This document shows, one piece after another, positions 45,711 through 55,309 of a DNA stretch of 61,106 bases. Under the pieces are notes generated by a model. That model saw only the letters and a program-made list of their open reading frames with translations, made no database searches and had not been told where the DNA came from. The translations under genes and the position numbers were made by a program. Origin of the DNA: a virus (taxonomy: Duplodnaviria; Caudoviricetes). Position 1 is the stretch's first letter, and each line of letters opens with the position of its first letter. Where the stretch lies: positions 1 to 61,106 of IMG/VR virus record IMGVR_UViG_3300037483_001204, one strand, 5' to 3'.

Positions 45711-47581
45711 GTCAGCCTCGTCACCGAGACGACCGGGGCCGTCCCGTTGTACAGCACCGTCTGCGCCACGTCGGAGTACGCGAGGCCCGTGAACTCCGCA
45801 ACTCCAGCGTCGTCGTAGACCGTCACGCTCCCGTCGCTCGCGTCGAGGTCCACCCGGTTGGTCCAGCGGTGGACGACCCGGAGGAGCCCCGGGTCCGCGG
45901 CGATCGCCGAGGCGAGGTCGGCCGTGGAGACGTCGTTGAGCCCGTCGAGGACGGCCTTCGCCGCGGCGATGTCGGCCGCGAGGCTCGCGCCGGTCGGTGT
46001 ACCGATCTTCGGCTGGATGTCCGCGGTGTCCGTGAGGACGTCCGCGAGGCTCTCGGCCGTCGAGCCCGCGGTCCCGGAGTGGTCCGCGATCGCCTCCTCC
46101 CACACCGCGTCCGCGATCGCCGCGGCCGTCGGGGCGGAGCCCCCTGCGTTGTCGGAGATGGCCTCCTGGGAGTCGGTCGTCTCGTCGTACGTCCCCGACC
46201 CGGCGCCCGTCGCGCGGACCTCCGTTCGGGCCGTCGCGTCCCCGACCTGCTTCCCGGCGAGGAGGCCAAGCCACTCCGCGAGCGAGGTGATGCCCGAGAA
46301 GAGGGTCGAGGTGACCCGGCCGAGGAGCGTGGTGACGCCGGTCTGGACCCCGGCGATGTCTGCGGAGACGCTCGCACCGGCGGGAGTGCCGATCTTCGCT
46401 TGGAGGTCCTGCGTGTCGGTCTCGATCGCGTCGGCCGTCGTCTGACTCGCCCGGGAGGACACGGTTGCGTCCACGTTCGCTCCGGGGAAGGGAGTCGAGT
46501 CCGAGAGGATCGCGTCCCGGACGTCATTAGCGGTGTGCGTTGAGAAGCCCGTCGCCGTCGTCCAACCGCCCGCTCCGTGGCTCCCGGTGAGAGTCGTGTC
46601 GACGTCCGCGGCCGAGTGAGAGGACCGGGACGAGACCGCCGCGTCCAGGTTCCCCGCTACCGTCGGCTGGATAGCCGCGGTGTCCACGAGGATCTCCCCG
46701 ACGGAGACGTTGTCCGCCGGGCGGAGCGACAGAACATAGGCCCCGTTCGCACTCGCCGGAGTGAACGGGAGCGCCGAGTCGAGGGTGAAGGTCCCGCCCG
46801 CGCTAACGTAGGACAGGACCCTCCGGGCTGCGGCGCCGGAGGAGTGCCGAACGACGAGGAGGTCCCCGTCGTAGAAGCCGTCCGCCTTCGTCGAGGTGGT
46901 GTTGACGACCGTCGGGGTACTCCCGGACCCGGACACGGACAACGACTCCAGCACGACCCCTCGCTCCAGCGCGTTCGTATCCGCCCAGATCCCCCCGACG
47001 AGGTTCCCGAACGTACCCGCGGCGGTGTGTCCCGAGGTCGCCTCGTCCCACGTCTGGTCTACGATCTCGTCGACCGCGTCCGCCGCGAGGGCGCTCGCGG
47101 TGATCGCATTGGCCTGAATAGCCCCGACGTCGGAGTCCATACGCCCACCTACCAGAGCCGCCGGGAGCCGACTCTGGATGTCCTGCGTGTCGGCCTCGAC
47201 GTCGTCGAGGAGGTTCTGGTTCGCCCCCGTCGTCCCGGCCGTCGCGTGGGACGCGAGGCTCTCGTCCCATACCTCCTCCGCCGCGGTGCTCGCAGCTACG
47301 TCGAACGACCACACGCGCTCGTAAGGGATGGTCGACTCGACGACCTTTAGCCGCCACTTCCCCGCCGCGTCGGGAGTGAAGGACACTGTGTAGAGGCCGA
47401 CCCCTCCGCCTCCCAAAGAGACCTCCGACACGGTAGGCGTCGAGAACGACGCCCCCGCCTCGTCGTAGACGACCGCGGTGGGAGTGAGCCCCGTCTGCAG
47501 CTCCCCGGCCTTCGTGACATCGAACTCCAGCGAGACCGCGACGCCGACCTTGCGGCCCAGCTTTACGTTGCTGTCAGCCAT
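45707..47581 (-). CDS. Ala/Thr/Asp-rich repeat virion protein
   Basis: Recurrent (V/T)W(D/E)E...H..AGT and DT.D(I/L)Q motifs. Confidence 0.7.
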   Translation of the reverse strand: MADSNVKLGRKVGVAVSLEFDVTKAGELQTGLTPTAVVYDEAGASFSTPTVSEVSLGGGGVGLYTVSFTPDAAGKWRLKVVESTIPYERVWSFDVAASTAAEEVWDESLASHATAGTTGANQNLLDDVEADTQDIQSRLPAALVGGRMDSDVGAIQANAITASALAADAVDEIVDQTWDEATSGHTAAGTFGNLVGGIWADTNALERGVVLESLSVSGSGSTPTVVNTTSTKADGFYDGDLLVVRHSSGAAARRVLSYVSAGGTFTLDSALPFTPASANGAYVLSLRPADNVSVGEILVDTAAIQPTVAGNLDAAVSSRSSHSAADVDTTLTGSHGAGGWTTATGFSTHTANDVRDAILSDSTPFPGANVDATVSSRASQTTADAIETDTQDLQAKIGTPAGASVSADIAGVQTGVTTLLGRVTSTLFSGITSLAEWLGLLAGKQVGDATARTEVRATGAGSGTYDETTDSQEAISDNAGGSAPTAAAIADAVWEEAIADHSGTAGSTAESLADVLTDTADIQPKIGTPTGASLAADIAAAKAVLDGLNDVSTADLASAIAADPGLLRVVHRWTNRVDLDASDGSVTVYDDAGVAEFTGLAYSDVAQTVLYNGTAPVVSVTRLT

Positions 47582-49457
47582 TTAGCGCCGCCTCCGAGAG
47601 GGTGTACTGGTCCTGCGTCACGAAGATCTCGCGGGGCTCCCCGGCCACCGCAGGTTCATACTCTACCCCGACCGAGGACACCTCGGGGGACCCAATATCG
47701 TCCATCCCGCTCGTCATCGCGACAGTGATCTCCAGGACGTCCTGCCCGTTCCCGGCGCAGGCCAGCGCCCGGAGGTTCGCCGTCGTGAGCGCCGTCGAGC
47801 TGCCCCACGTCGAGCCCCCGTCGGTCGAGTGGCGGAAGGTGTAGGTGACCGTTCCCCCGACGTCCATCGAGGACGTGCCGGCCGTCTCGTCCGTGAACGC
47901 GACGCCACGGAAGAAGCGCACGCCCTCGGGCGGCTGGACGAGCGGAAGGACGATCGAGCCCGAGGACTCGACGAGCCCGGCATAGACGGAGTTGGCCGTC
48001 GAGCCCGACGCGCCCACCCGGATCGCGTCGTAGTACGCATCATCGTTGGAGGCGCTCTCCCCGTCGAACGCGATCATCAGCCGCGCGATCGACCCGAGCG
48101 ACGTCGCGTCCTCCGTCCGCACGAGCACCCCATCAATCCAGTAGGTTGCATCGGACGCATGGTCGACGTGGATTGCGAAGTGGTGCCAGCCTGTCGCGAC
48201 TGCAACGCCAGAAGCGACGTTAGACCCGTCGAACGAAGTGACATACTCCGTGGTAGACACCGCCCCGACGAACCCGATCGCCGCGCGCATCGACGGAGTG
48301 GACGACGCGAGTCCGAGCGCCTGCACACGCGAGGAGGACGTCCCGCCCGGGTCGTAGAACCACCACTCCAGCCACCACTGCGGCGAAGTCCCGGGCGAGA
48401 AGAGCGGAGAGGTGCTCTGGACCCCCGTCGTCCCGTCCGCGTGGATCGAGTCGTTCCCCTCGAACACTTGGGACGCGGAGACGGTCATCTCCGTCGTCGG
48501 GCTCCAGATTCCCGTCAGCGCCTCCGAATCGTCCCAGTGCCAGTCCCCCGCGCGGGCGAGCCGGAGTTTGCCCGCCGTCTCGTCCCCGACGGGGCCCTCC
48601 GGTCCGTAGATCGGCGCAGGCGAGACCGTCGGAGCGTCACTCTCGCGCAGAGCGAGACCCTCGCACGAGCCGAACCCGAACGTGGCGGAGCCCGTCGCGT
48701 AGGTGGGATCCGCCTCCGGAGCCCAGGAGGGGGGGTCCGTACCCCCGTTGCCGAGGACGAGGTCGTTCGTGCCCGAAGTGTCCTCGACGCTCGTGCCGGA
48801 TCCCTCGTTCATCGGCCAAACCGACGACCACGACGTGTCCGCCCCCGCACCCAGAGTTAGGTCCGTGAAGGGCTCGGAATCGTCGACGTCGAAGGGGTCC
48901 GTTACGTTCCGCTCGAACATCGCCTGGAGGATCTCCATGTGAGCGCCTCGCGGTGGGGAGACCGCCGCGAACGACGAGACCTTCCCGCCGAGGTTCGACG
49001 TCCTGACTCCCCCGTAGCTCGCGATCGGCCAGCCCGCCGTCGTCGACGTCGCGACCTCAGCCCCGTCCACGAAGAGCTTCGCGGTGCTATCGGGTACCGC
49101 CGTCGTCTCCATCGCGAGCTGGATCTTGTAGACCCGACCGAGGTGGAAGGGCGCGCCTGCTCCGTCCGCCCCCGCCGCCGTGATAGTGAGCGGAACGTAT
49201 GTGGGTCCAGGGAACTGGATCACGTATCTCGCCGCGAGGTGCTGGACCCGGGAGTAGGCCGTCGTCCCTATGAAGATACCGTTGGCGCTCGACGACGCCT
49301 CATCACCCCAGACCGCGCACGCGGTCGTCGGCCACGAGAGGAACCGGACGAAGACGGTGAAGCGCTGGTTGCACGCTCCCTCGACCGGGTAGTCCATCCA
49401 GTTGAGGAGGAACCGGACGACGTCATCCTTGCCGTCGAACTTCAGATAGCTGGACAC
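47574..49457 (-). CDS. ConA/LamG-like lectin domain virion protein
   Basis: LKFDGKDD, W.MNEGSGT...DTSG, GWHHFAI...WIDG, YYDAIRV. Confidence 0.7.
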   Translation of the reverse strand: MSSYLKFDGKDDVVRFLLNWMDYPVEGACNQRFTVFVRFLSWPTTACAVWGDEASSSANGIFIGTTAYSRVQHLAARYVIQFPGPTYVPLTITAAGADGAGAPFHLGRVYKIQLAMETTAVPDSTAKLFVDGAEVATSTTAGWPIASYGGVRTSNLGGKVSSFAAVSPPRGAHMEILQAMFERNVTDPFDVDDSEPFTDLTLGAGADTSWSSVWPMNEGSGTSVEDTSGTNDLVLGNGGTDPPSWAPEADPTYATGSATFGFGSCEGLALRESDAPTVSPAPIYGPEGPVGDETAGKLRLARAGDWHWDDSEALTGIWSPTTEMTVSASQVFEGNDSIHADGTTGVQSTSPLFSPGTSPQWWLEWWFYDPGGTSSSRVQALGLASSTPSMRAAIGFVGAVSTTEYVTSFDGSNVASGVAVATGWHHFAIHVDHASDATYWIDGVLVRTEDATSLGSIARLMIAFDGESASNDDAYYDAIRVGASGSTANSVYAGLVESSGSIVLPLVQPPEGVRFFRGVAFTDETAGTSSMDVGGTVTYTFRHSTDGGSTWGSSTALTTANLRALACAGNGQDVLEITVAMTSGMDDIGSPEVSSVGVEYEPAVAGEPREIFVTQDQYTLSEAALNG

Positions 49458-49463
49458 GAAGAA

Positions 49464-49916
49464 CTACTCCCCCTCCTCCGACTCCTCCGACGCTCTCGGC
49501 TGGAATCGGAGGTCGATCTCCGCCGACTCCGCGACGGGCCCGCGATCCCCCGCCGGGACCTCGACGAGCGGGGCCGGGTAGTAGACCGGAGCGGAGACGT
49601 GGGGGATCGGTCCGGTAAGCCCCTGGTCCGAGAACACCGCGAGCCGGACGCAAGAGGCCGCGTTCTGGCGACACTCCGGGAGGGTGTACGTCTCGTCCTG
49701 CCCCGACCACGGCGCCGGGTTCGCCTCGACGGGACCCCCCTGCCCGATCCCCTCGCAGGTGGTCCACGGACCGTCCGGGTGGGAGGAGAACTGAAGCGTG
49801 GCGACGGACCCGCCCGAGTCCGGAGGGATCTGCTGCGCTACCGTCGTCGAGTACGTCGCGCCCTTCTTGTTCCGGGACCCGTCGGCCGGGTCCGTGATGA
49901 AGACGTAGAAACTCAT
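49464..49916 (-). CDS. hypothetical protein
   Basis: ATGA-coupled to the portal gene. Confidence 0.55.
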   Translation of the reverse strand: MSFYVFITDPADGSRNKKGATYSTTVAQQIPPDSGGSVATLQFSSHPDGPWTTCEGIGQGGPVEANPAPWSGQDETYTLPECRQNAASCVRLAVFSDQGLTGPIPHVSAPVYYPAPLVEVPAGDRGPVAESAEIDLRFQPRASEESEEGE

Positions 49917-51367
49917 GCTTCTTCCTCCCCTCGGGCCTCTTCCTCGCCCGTATCCGGAAGCTCCTCCTCCCCGGTCCCCGGAGTCTCCGGGGCCGTTCCC
50001 TCCCCCTCCCCGCCGAGCCCCGCGTAGAGGCTAAGGACCTCGACTTGCGGTACCCCGAGGAGGTCTCGCACCGCGTTGATCGCCGGGTCGTCGGGGAGAA
50101 GCGTCGCGCCCGACTGGGCGAGGTCCGCGAGGGCCCCGGTGATCTGCTCGACGTCCGCGAACTTCGTCGACTCCGGCTTCGCGCACGGTCGGTACTCCTC
50201 CGGCCACCCGTTCAGCGCGAAGAGCGGGCCGATGAGGTCCGCCTCCACCGTCTCCCCGAGTTCCCGGAGCGCCGAGTCGACGACGAGAGCGAACTGGTCC
50301 GTCTTGTTCCGGGAGAGCGCGAGCGACCCCTTCCCGTCCCCGCCGAGGAGGAGGAACTCCGTCCCCATGACCCGGGCGAGTTCCCGGTTCAGCCGCTCGA
50401 TCGCCGCCGCGACCGGCCCGAGCGGGCCCGCGACGTCTCCCTTCAACAGCTCCAGGTCCCACTGGCGAACCGAGGACGGTGAGGACCGCTCGTCGGTCGT
50501 CTGGTACGTCTTCGAGTCGAGGAGTAGACCGAGGTCCGGGCGCCGGACGTGCTTCTGGATGAAGGTCTCTAGGGGGCTCGTAAGCTCCGCGGCCTGCGCC
50601 GCGGTCAGCTGGTTCGTCTTCTTCAGCCGGTTAATCTCCGCCAACGGAGCCCGGGCGATCGGGATGCCCCGGAGGTCCGTCTCGAAGCCGTACGCCTCCA
50701 GAAGCTGGAACTCCTGGAGCCTCTTCGACGGCTCGGCGAGGTGGCGGAAGAGCCCGAGCCCCTCGGGGGAGTCCCGGAGGGCGTCGTCGACCGCGTACAC
50801 GAGCTTCCGGCGGGGGAGGTATAGCTCGCGCCCGTCCTGCGGCGACCGCTGGACGACGCCGTGGACCGTCCCGGAGACGTCGAGGTCCCACCGCTCGATC
50901 GTGACCTGGGGGCGGGCCTCGACGTCGAGGAACCCGATCGTCCCGTCCTTCATACGCCTCGCGGTCCACTCCTGGACGGAGAAGCCGTGGAACTTGTACA
51001 TCGAGGCGCGCCGGACGACCCGGTGATAGGGCGTCGTCATATCGTCGAGCGCCCGCGCCACGAGGTCCGAGTACCGCTCGGCCTCTCCGCGCGCCGCCCC
51101 CTCGATCTCCTCCCGAGGCTCGTACGTCCAGCCCGCCCGCGAGATCAGGTTCAGGTAGTAGCGGACCGAGGCCGCGATTACCGAGACGTTCGCGAGGAGG
51201 TCCGAGTAGGTGAGGTACTTCTGCTGCCCGACGAGGTCGGAGTTCTTCTCGTCCTCGACGAGGAAGCCCGAGTAGACGACGGCCCCCCCGACGCCCCCCG
51301 AGAGCATAGGCCCGATCGTCCGGCGGATCGTAGAGAGGACGTTGTCCACGAACTTCGGAGAGGCCAC
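49913..51367 (-). CDS. portal protein (DUF935-like)
   Basis: Follows TerL; HGFSVQEW, PEGLGLFR, GSLALS..K, L..LNG. Confidence 0.9.
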   Translation of the reverse strand: MASPKFVDNVLSTIRRTIGPMLSGGVGGAVVYSGFLVEDEKNSDLVGQQKYLTYSDLLANVSVIAASVRYYLNLISRAGWTYEPREEIEGAARGEAERYSDLVARALDDMTTPYHRVVRRASMYKFHGFSVQEWTARRMKDGTIGFLDVEARPQVTIERWDLDVSGTVHGVVQRSPQDGRELYLPRRKLVYAVDDALRDSPEGLGLFRHLAEPSKRLQEFQLLEAYGFETDLRGIPIARAPLAEINRLKKTNQLTAAQAAELTSPLETFIQKHVRRPDLGLLLDSKTYQTTDERSSPSSVRQWDLELLKGDVAGPLGPVAAAIERLNRELARVMGTEFLLLGGDGKGSLALSRNKTDQFALVVDSALRELGETVEADLIGPLFALNGWPEEYRPCAKPESTKFADVEQITGALADLAQSGATLLPDDPAINAVRDLLGVPQVEVLSLYAGLGGEGEGTAPETPGTGEEELPDTGEEEARGEEEA

Positions 51368-51371
51368 CCGT

Positions 51372-52985
51372 CTACTCCTCTCGACCGCCGACCCGCACGA
51401 CCTGCGGGGGGGCTCCGATGTCGTCTACGCCTCCTCCCGCCAGTATGACGAGGCGGGCGTAGGCCCGGGAGGTCGCGTCGATCTGGTCCTTGTACGAGCC
51501 CCGCGGGAAGGTCTCGGCCTCGTTGAGATAGGCGTCGTTCCACGGACCCCGGACGAGGACGACGTTCCCGCTCTCGACCTGCGCCGCGAACGGCCGCGCC
51601 CGATCCTCCTTCGACCCCGACTCCGTCGAGGACCATACCCGGTACCCGTGGAGGAGTCGAGCGTATACGAGCCGCTGGTGCTTCCCGGCCTGCCCGGGGT
51701 CCTGCGGGAGGTCCTGGTCCACCCCGAGACCGTCCGAGCGGGCCCGCTCCCGGATCATCTCCTCCGTCTCCGCCGGGGAGAGCTGGCCCCGGGCGACGTC
51801 CTCGACGTAGACCCGACCGTCGAGCCCGATCGAGAGCTTCGCCCCGACCGTGTAGGCCGCCTCCGGGTTCACCCCGGCGCTCGTCCCCGCAAGGTCCCAG
51901 CCCCTAACCCGACTCCGAACGTGCTCCGGCGGAGAGTCGACGAAGCCGAAGTCCCGGCGCTTAAAGAGCCCGCCGCCGCGGGGCGTCGGGCGCTGCTGGA
52001 GCTGGCCCGCGATCGCGTAGTCCCCGCCCCACGACCGAAGCGCGGGCTTCAAGTCCTCTTCGAGGTGCCTCCTAGAGAAGCGGTCCTCCCAGAGAAGCTC
52101 CCCCTCCTCCCGCCGCGGATCCTCGAACCCGATCGTCGTCGGGGGCCGGACGACCAACTTCTCGTACTCCATCGGAAGGCAGAGGTGCTCGTACCCCAGC
52201 TCCTTCTTCAGGATAAGCCCCGAGACGTCCCTCTCGTGGACCCTCTGCATGATTACGATGATCGCGGAGGAGTCCGGGTCGTTCAGTCGGGTCGGGACCG
52301 TCTCCGCGAACCACTGGAGCGCCGCCTCCCGCTTCGCCTCGCTCTCGCCCTCCTGGACGTTGTGCGGGTCGTCGATGATGAAGCGGTCCCCGCGCTCGCC
52401 GGTCGCGACGCCCCCGACGGAGGTCGCGATCTTAAAACCGTTCTGGTTCGTGTCGTACCGGAGCTTCGCGTTCTGGTCCCGGACGAGGTGGAAGCGGTCG
52501 CCCCAATACTCCCGGTAGACGTCCGACGTGAGGAGCTGCCGGCACCGCCGGTTATCTCGGATCGTGAGCTTCTCCGAGTACGAGGCCGAGACGTACCGGA
52601 GATCCGGCCGCGCCCTCGGACCCCACTCCCACGCGGGCCAGAAGACGTTCGTCGTGAGGCTCTTCATACAGCCCGGAGGGACGTTGATCAGGAGGCGCCG
52701 GATCTCCCCCGCGGAGACCGCCTCTAGGTGCTCGCAGATCGCGTCTACGACCCAGCCCCCGACGAACTCCCGGCGGGGCTCCAGCACGGTCCAGACCGCC
52801 TCGATGAACCACCGGAGACGCCGCTCGGCCTTCTCCCGCTGGATTACCCGGTCGAAGTCCGGCCGTTCGAGGAGGCGGAGGGCAGCCCGGACCCGTTCGT
52901 CGAGACCAGTGGGGTCTCCGTTTTCCGGTGGCGCCCGATGCGCTCTAGCTGTAGCAACTCGTCCTCCGTCAAGTCTTCCAGGCAC
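51372..52985 (-). CDS. terL: terminase large subunit (start uncertain)
   Basis: INVPPGCMKS Walker A, FIIDDP Walker B, IMQR, GWDLA and KDQIDA nuclease motifs. Confidence 0.95.
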   Translation of the reverse strand: MPGRLDGGRVATARAHRAPPENGDPTGLDERVRAALRLLERPDFDRVIQREKAERRLRWFIEAVWTVLEPRREFVGGWVVDAICEHLEAVSAGEIRRLLINVPPGCMKSLTTNVFWPAWEWGPRARPDLRYVSASYSEKLTIRDNRRCRQLLTSDVYREYWGDRFHLVRDQNAKLRYDTNQNGFKIATSVGGVATGERGDRFIIDDPHNVQEGESEAKREAALQWFAETVPTRLNDPDSSAIIVIMQRVHERDVSGLILKKELGYEHLCLPMEYEKLVVRPPTTIGFEDPRREEGELLWEDRFSRRHLEEDLKPALRSWGGDYAIAGQLQQRPTPRGGGLFKRRDFGFVDSPPEHVRSRVRGWDLAGTSAGVNPEAAYTVGAKLSIGLDGRVYVEDVARGQLSPAETEEMIRERARSDGLGVDQDLPQDPGQAGKHQRLVYARLLHGYRVWSSTESGSKEDRARPFAAQVESGNVVLVRGPWNDAYLNEAETFPRGSYKDQIDATSRAYARLVILAGGGVDDIGAPPQVVRVGGREE

Positions 52986-53404
52986 AGCGAGACCCCCGTA
53001 GTGACCCGGCCCCCGACGTGGACGTTAACGTTCGCGTCGAAGAGGCGGAAGTGCTTCCCGAGAAGCTCCAGGGCCTTCACCTGCTCCGGAACTCGGACGT
53101 GGGGATCGTCGAGGGGGGCGAGGGCGATCAGCCCGAGCTTCGCGAGGATCGCCGCCGGGTCGATACCCGCCCGCTCGGCCTGCTTTAGGAACTCGGACCG
53201 AAGGACCTCCCGGATCCGCTCGTTCTTGAACGGAGAGGGGGCGGAGACCCGATACCCCGCCTTCGCCATCGCCGCGCGGACGTTGAAGCCGTTCGAGAGG
53301 TACTCCCGGATGAACCTCGCCTCGTGCCAGAGGACCCCCCCGAGGGCCTCGTACTCCTCCGGAGTGCGAGGGACCCGGTGCCCGTCCGTCACAACCCTTA
53401 CCAC
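52844..53404 (-). CDS. terS: terminase small subunit
   Basis: FIREYL...N...A..KAGY, KALELLGKH..LF. Confidence 0.85.
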   Translation of the reverse strand: MVRVVTDGHRVPRTPEEYEALGGVLWHEARFIREYLSNGFNVRAAMAKAGYRVSAPSPFKNERIREVLRSEFLKQAERAGIDPAAILAKLGLIALAPLDDPHVRVPEQVKALELLGKHFRLFDANVNVHVGGRVTTGVSLCLEDLTEDELLQLERIGRHRKTETPLVSTNGSGLPSASSNGRTSTG

Positions 53405-53480
53405 GAGGACCCTCCGCGAGCGAGTAGGGGAGGAGGGGCGGGAAAAGGCCCCCGCCCCTCCGTGGGGAGAAGGACCCCTT

Positions 53481-53690
53481 CTAGCGCATCCACCAGAAGA
53501 AGTCGAAGAACGCCGCCGCGGGCGGAGGACTAAAGAGCACCGCCGCCGCCGCGAGGGCGAAGACCGCGACGAGGGCGAAGGCCCCGCGCCGCGTCGTCCG
53601 GATCCGCGCCGAGCCGCCGAACAGCGCCCGGCCGAGCACGAAGAACGGCGCGAGAATCCAGGACATGAGGCACAGCAGAAGATCGATCAT
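53481..53690 (-). CDS. small membrane protein
   Basis: ATG 53690 with GAGGAG RBS; two hydrophobic stretches. Confidence 0.5.
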   Translation of the reverse strand: MIDLLLCLMSWILAPFFVLGRALFGGSARIRTTRRGAFALVAVFALAAAAVLFSPPPAAAFFDFFWWMR

Positions 53691-53808
53691 CGTTAGAAAC
53701 CTCCTCGGTGAGAGTAGCGCCGACCGAGGTCCGGGGGCGCCCCCCCCCGCGAGACCTCTCACCACCGCCCCCTTCCGGACTCCCCCGGCCCCGGCTCGGC
53801 GCCCCGAA

Positions 53809-53839
53809 AGTATAGGCCCGCGACCGCCCCCGGGTCTAG
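53809..53839 (-). promoter_or_regulatory. sigma70-like promoter CTAGAC-N19-TATACT for the packaging/structural operon
   Basis: Same boxes and spacing as 24939-24969. Confidence 0.6.
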
Positions 53840-53879
53840 GTCCTCCCTAGAAACCCCCGTATGCCCAGCTCTAGGCGGT

Positions 53880-54180
53880 CCTCCGGACCTCTCGTAACCT
53901 ACCCTAACCTCGGTCCGCCGCTCGGAGGCCGCGTAAGTCCCTGTCCGGACGCGACCTAGCTTACCTAAGGGGACCTCACCTACCTGTTTTAAATCCGTAG
54001 AACCGCGTCCTCGACTACCTTCTCTCTTCTTCTAATTAGGTTAGGAGAGGTTATAAGAGGTATCCGATACTTATATTTCCCAACGACTTACGCAATCCCG
54101 AAAACCCCCAATTCCGACGACCTCAGGGAACCTTCCACCCCTCGACGCGCCCCGTTCTGGGCCCTCGGTACCGTTTTTTG
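53880..54180. other. AT-richer non-coding region, candidate packaging site or origin
   Basis: ACCT runs on the left, AGGT runs on the right, flanked by inverted GCGTAAGTC/GACTTACGC. Confidence 0.5.
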
Positions 54181-54200
54181 GTACCGCCCCGACGCTCCAG

Positions 54201-54240
54201 CAAAGAAGAGGGGCGCCGCCCCCTTAGAGTGCGGCGCCCC
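54201..54240 (-). terminator. intrinsic terminator
   Basis: 10-bp stem GGGGCGCCGC/GCGGCGCCCC followed by TCTTCTTT on the minus strand. Confidence 0.6.
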
Positions 54241-54280
54241 GGGGCCTCCGGTGCGCTCCCCGTTCGCCCTCGGGCCCCTC

Positions 54281-54685
54281 CTACGACTCCGCCGCGATCT
54301 CCGCCGCGGCCAGCTTCTCCTGGAGTCCGGAGAGGCCCTCGATCAGGAACGGCTGCGCGACCGCCGCGAGCCCGTCGATCATCGGCTCCATCGCTCCGCC
54401 GTTGATCAGCTCGTCGCCCTTCGCGAGGAGGAACGTCACCGCCGCGGTCGGGTCGTCCGCGAGGTCGCCGAAGAGCTTCGCGTAGGCGCCCGCCTCGGTC
54501 TGGACCCGCGCGATCAGCTGCGCGAGGTAGCTCGCGAGCGCGACCTTCAGCGCGTCCTCGATCGGTTCGAGGACGCCGCCCTCGATCTTCTCGTCGATCA
54601 CGTCGAGGAGGAGCTTCGCGGCCTTCTCCGGGTCCTTCCCGAGTGCGGCGAAGACCTCCTGCGCGTTCGTCTTGTAGTCCGCCAT
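54281..54685 (-). CDS. hypothetical helical protein
   Basis: Strong RBS; codon usage similar to the structural genes. Confidence 0.7.
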   Translation of the reverse strand: MADYKTNAQEVFAALGKDPEKAAKLLLDVIDEKIEGGVLEPIEDALKVALASYLAQLIARVQTEAGAYAKLFGDLADDPTAAVTFLLAKGDELINGGAMEPMIDGLAAVAQPFLIEGLSGLQEKLAAAEIAAES

Positions 54686-54718
54686 CTTCCCTACCCTCCC
54701 TCTCCCGGTCTTCCCGGG

Positions 54719-54750
54719 GAAAAAGACGGGGGCCCCGACGACCCCCCGTC
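54719..54750 (-). terminator. intrinsic terminator
   Basis: Stem GACGGGGG/CCCCCGTC followed by a T-run on the minus strand. Confidence 0.55.
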
Positions 54751-54755
54751 GAGAC

Positions 54756-55043
54756 TTAGAGGAGCCTCCGGAGGCGTCCCGCGAGCCACTTCAGCCCGAC
54801 CGCGGCGCTCTTCGCTCCGTTGTAGATCGTCTCCGTCGCGGTCCAGACCTGCGCCCAGTCGACGAGGTCGAGCCGGTGCTCGGGCCCGGCGAGGGCGGAG
54901 GCGAGCATCACGACCGCCGCGACCCCGCCGTTCTGGGCCGGTCCGACGATCTTGTGGTTCACTTTCGTCCGGTGCTTCGTGATCCCTCCGGCGACGAGCG
55001 AGAGCCCGACCCCGGCGAGCTTCGTTGCGGTTACGACGTCCAC
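54756..55043 (-). CDS. small membrane protein (holin candidate)
   Basis: Hydrophobic segments and a basic C-terminus. Confidence 0.5.
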   Translation of the reverse strand: MDVVTATKLAGVGLSLVAGGITKHRTKVNHKIVGPAQNGGVAAVVMLASALAGPEHRLDLVDWAQVWTATETIYNGAKSAAVGLKWLAGRLRRLL

Positions 55044-55070
55044 GTCTCCCCCTCCCTTCCCCCCGGGGGG

Positions 55071-55100
55071 AGCCTAGCCCCTACGGCCCGCGGAGTCTAG
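55071..55100 (-). promoter_or_regulatory. possible third CTAGAC-type promoter (CTAGAC-N18-TAGGCT)
   Basis: Same -35 box as the two other sites; -10 fits TAnnnT. Confidence 0.35.
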
Positions 55101-55309
55101 TTTAGCTCGAACTCCGTCTCACCGATCCGGAGGTAGGTCCACCACTCCTCCGCGTCGGGCCTCGCGTCGTCCTCGGAGAGGATCCGGTCCGGGCCCGGCG
55201 AGTCGTCGGAGCGGGGGACCTCGTAGACGTTGACGGCGTCGGGGACGAGGATCTCCCTCTCGTCGAGGGGCCCTCCGCCCCGGAACCTACATCGTATCAG
55301 GGTCGTCAC
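55097..55309 (-). CDS. hypothetical protein
   Basis: GTGA-coupled; F.GGPLD motif. Confidence 0.5.
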   Translation of the reverse strand: MTTLIRCRFRGGGPLDEREILVPDAVNVYEVPRSDDSPGPDRILSEDDARPDAEEWWTYLRIGETEFELN

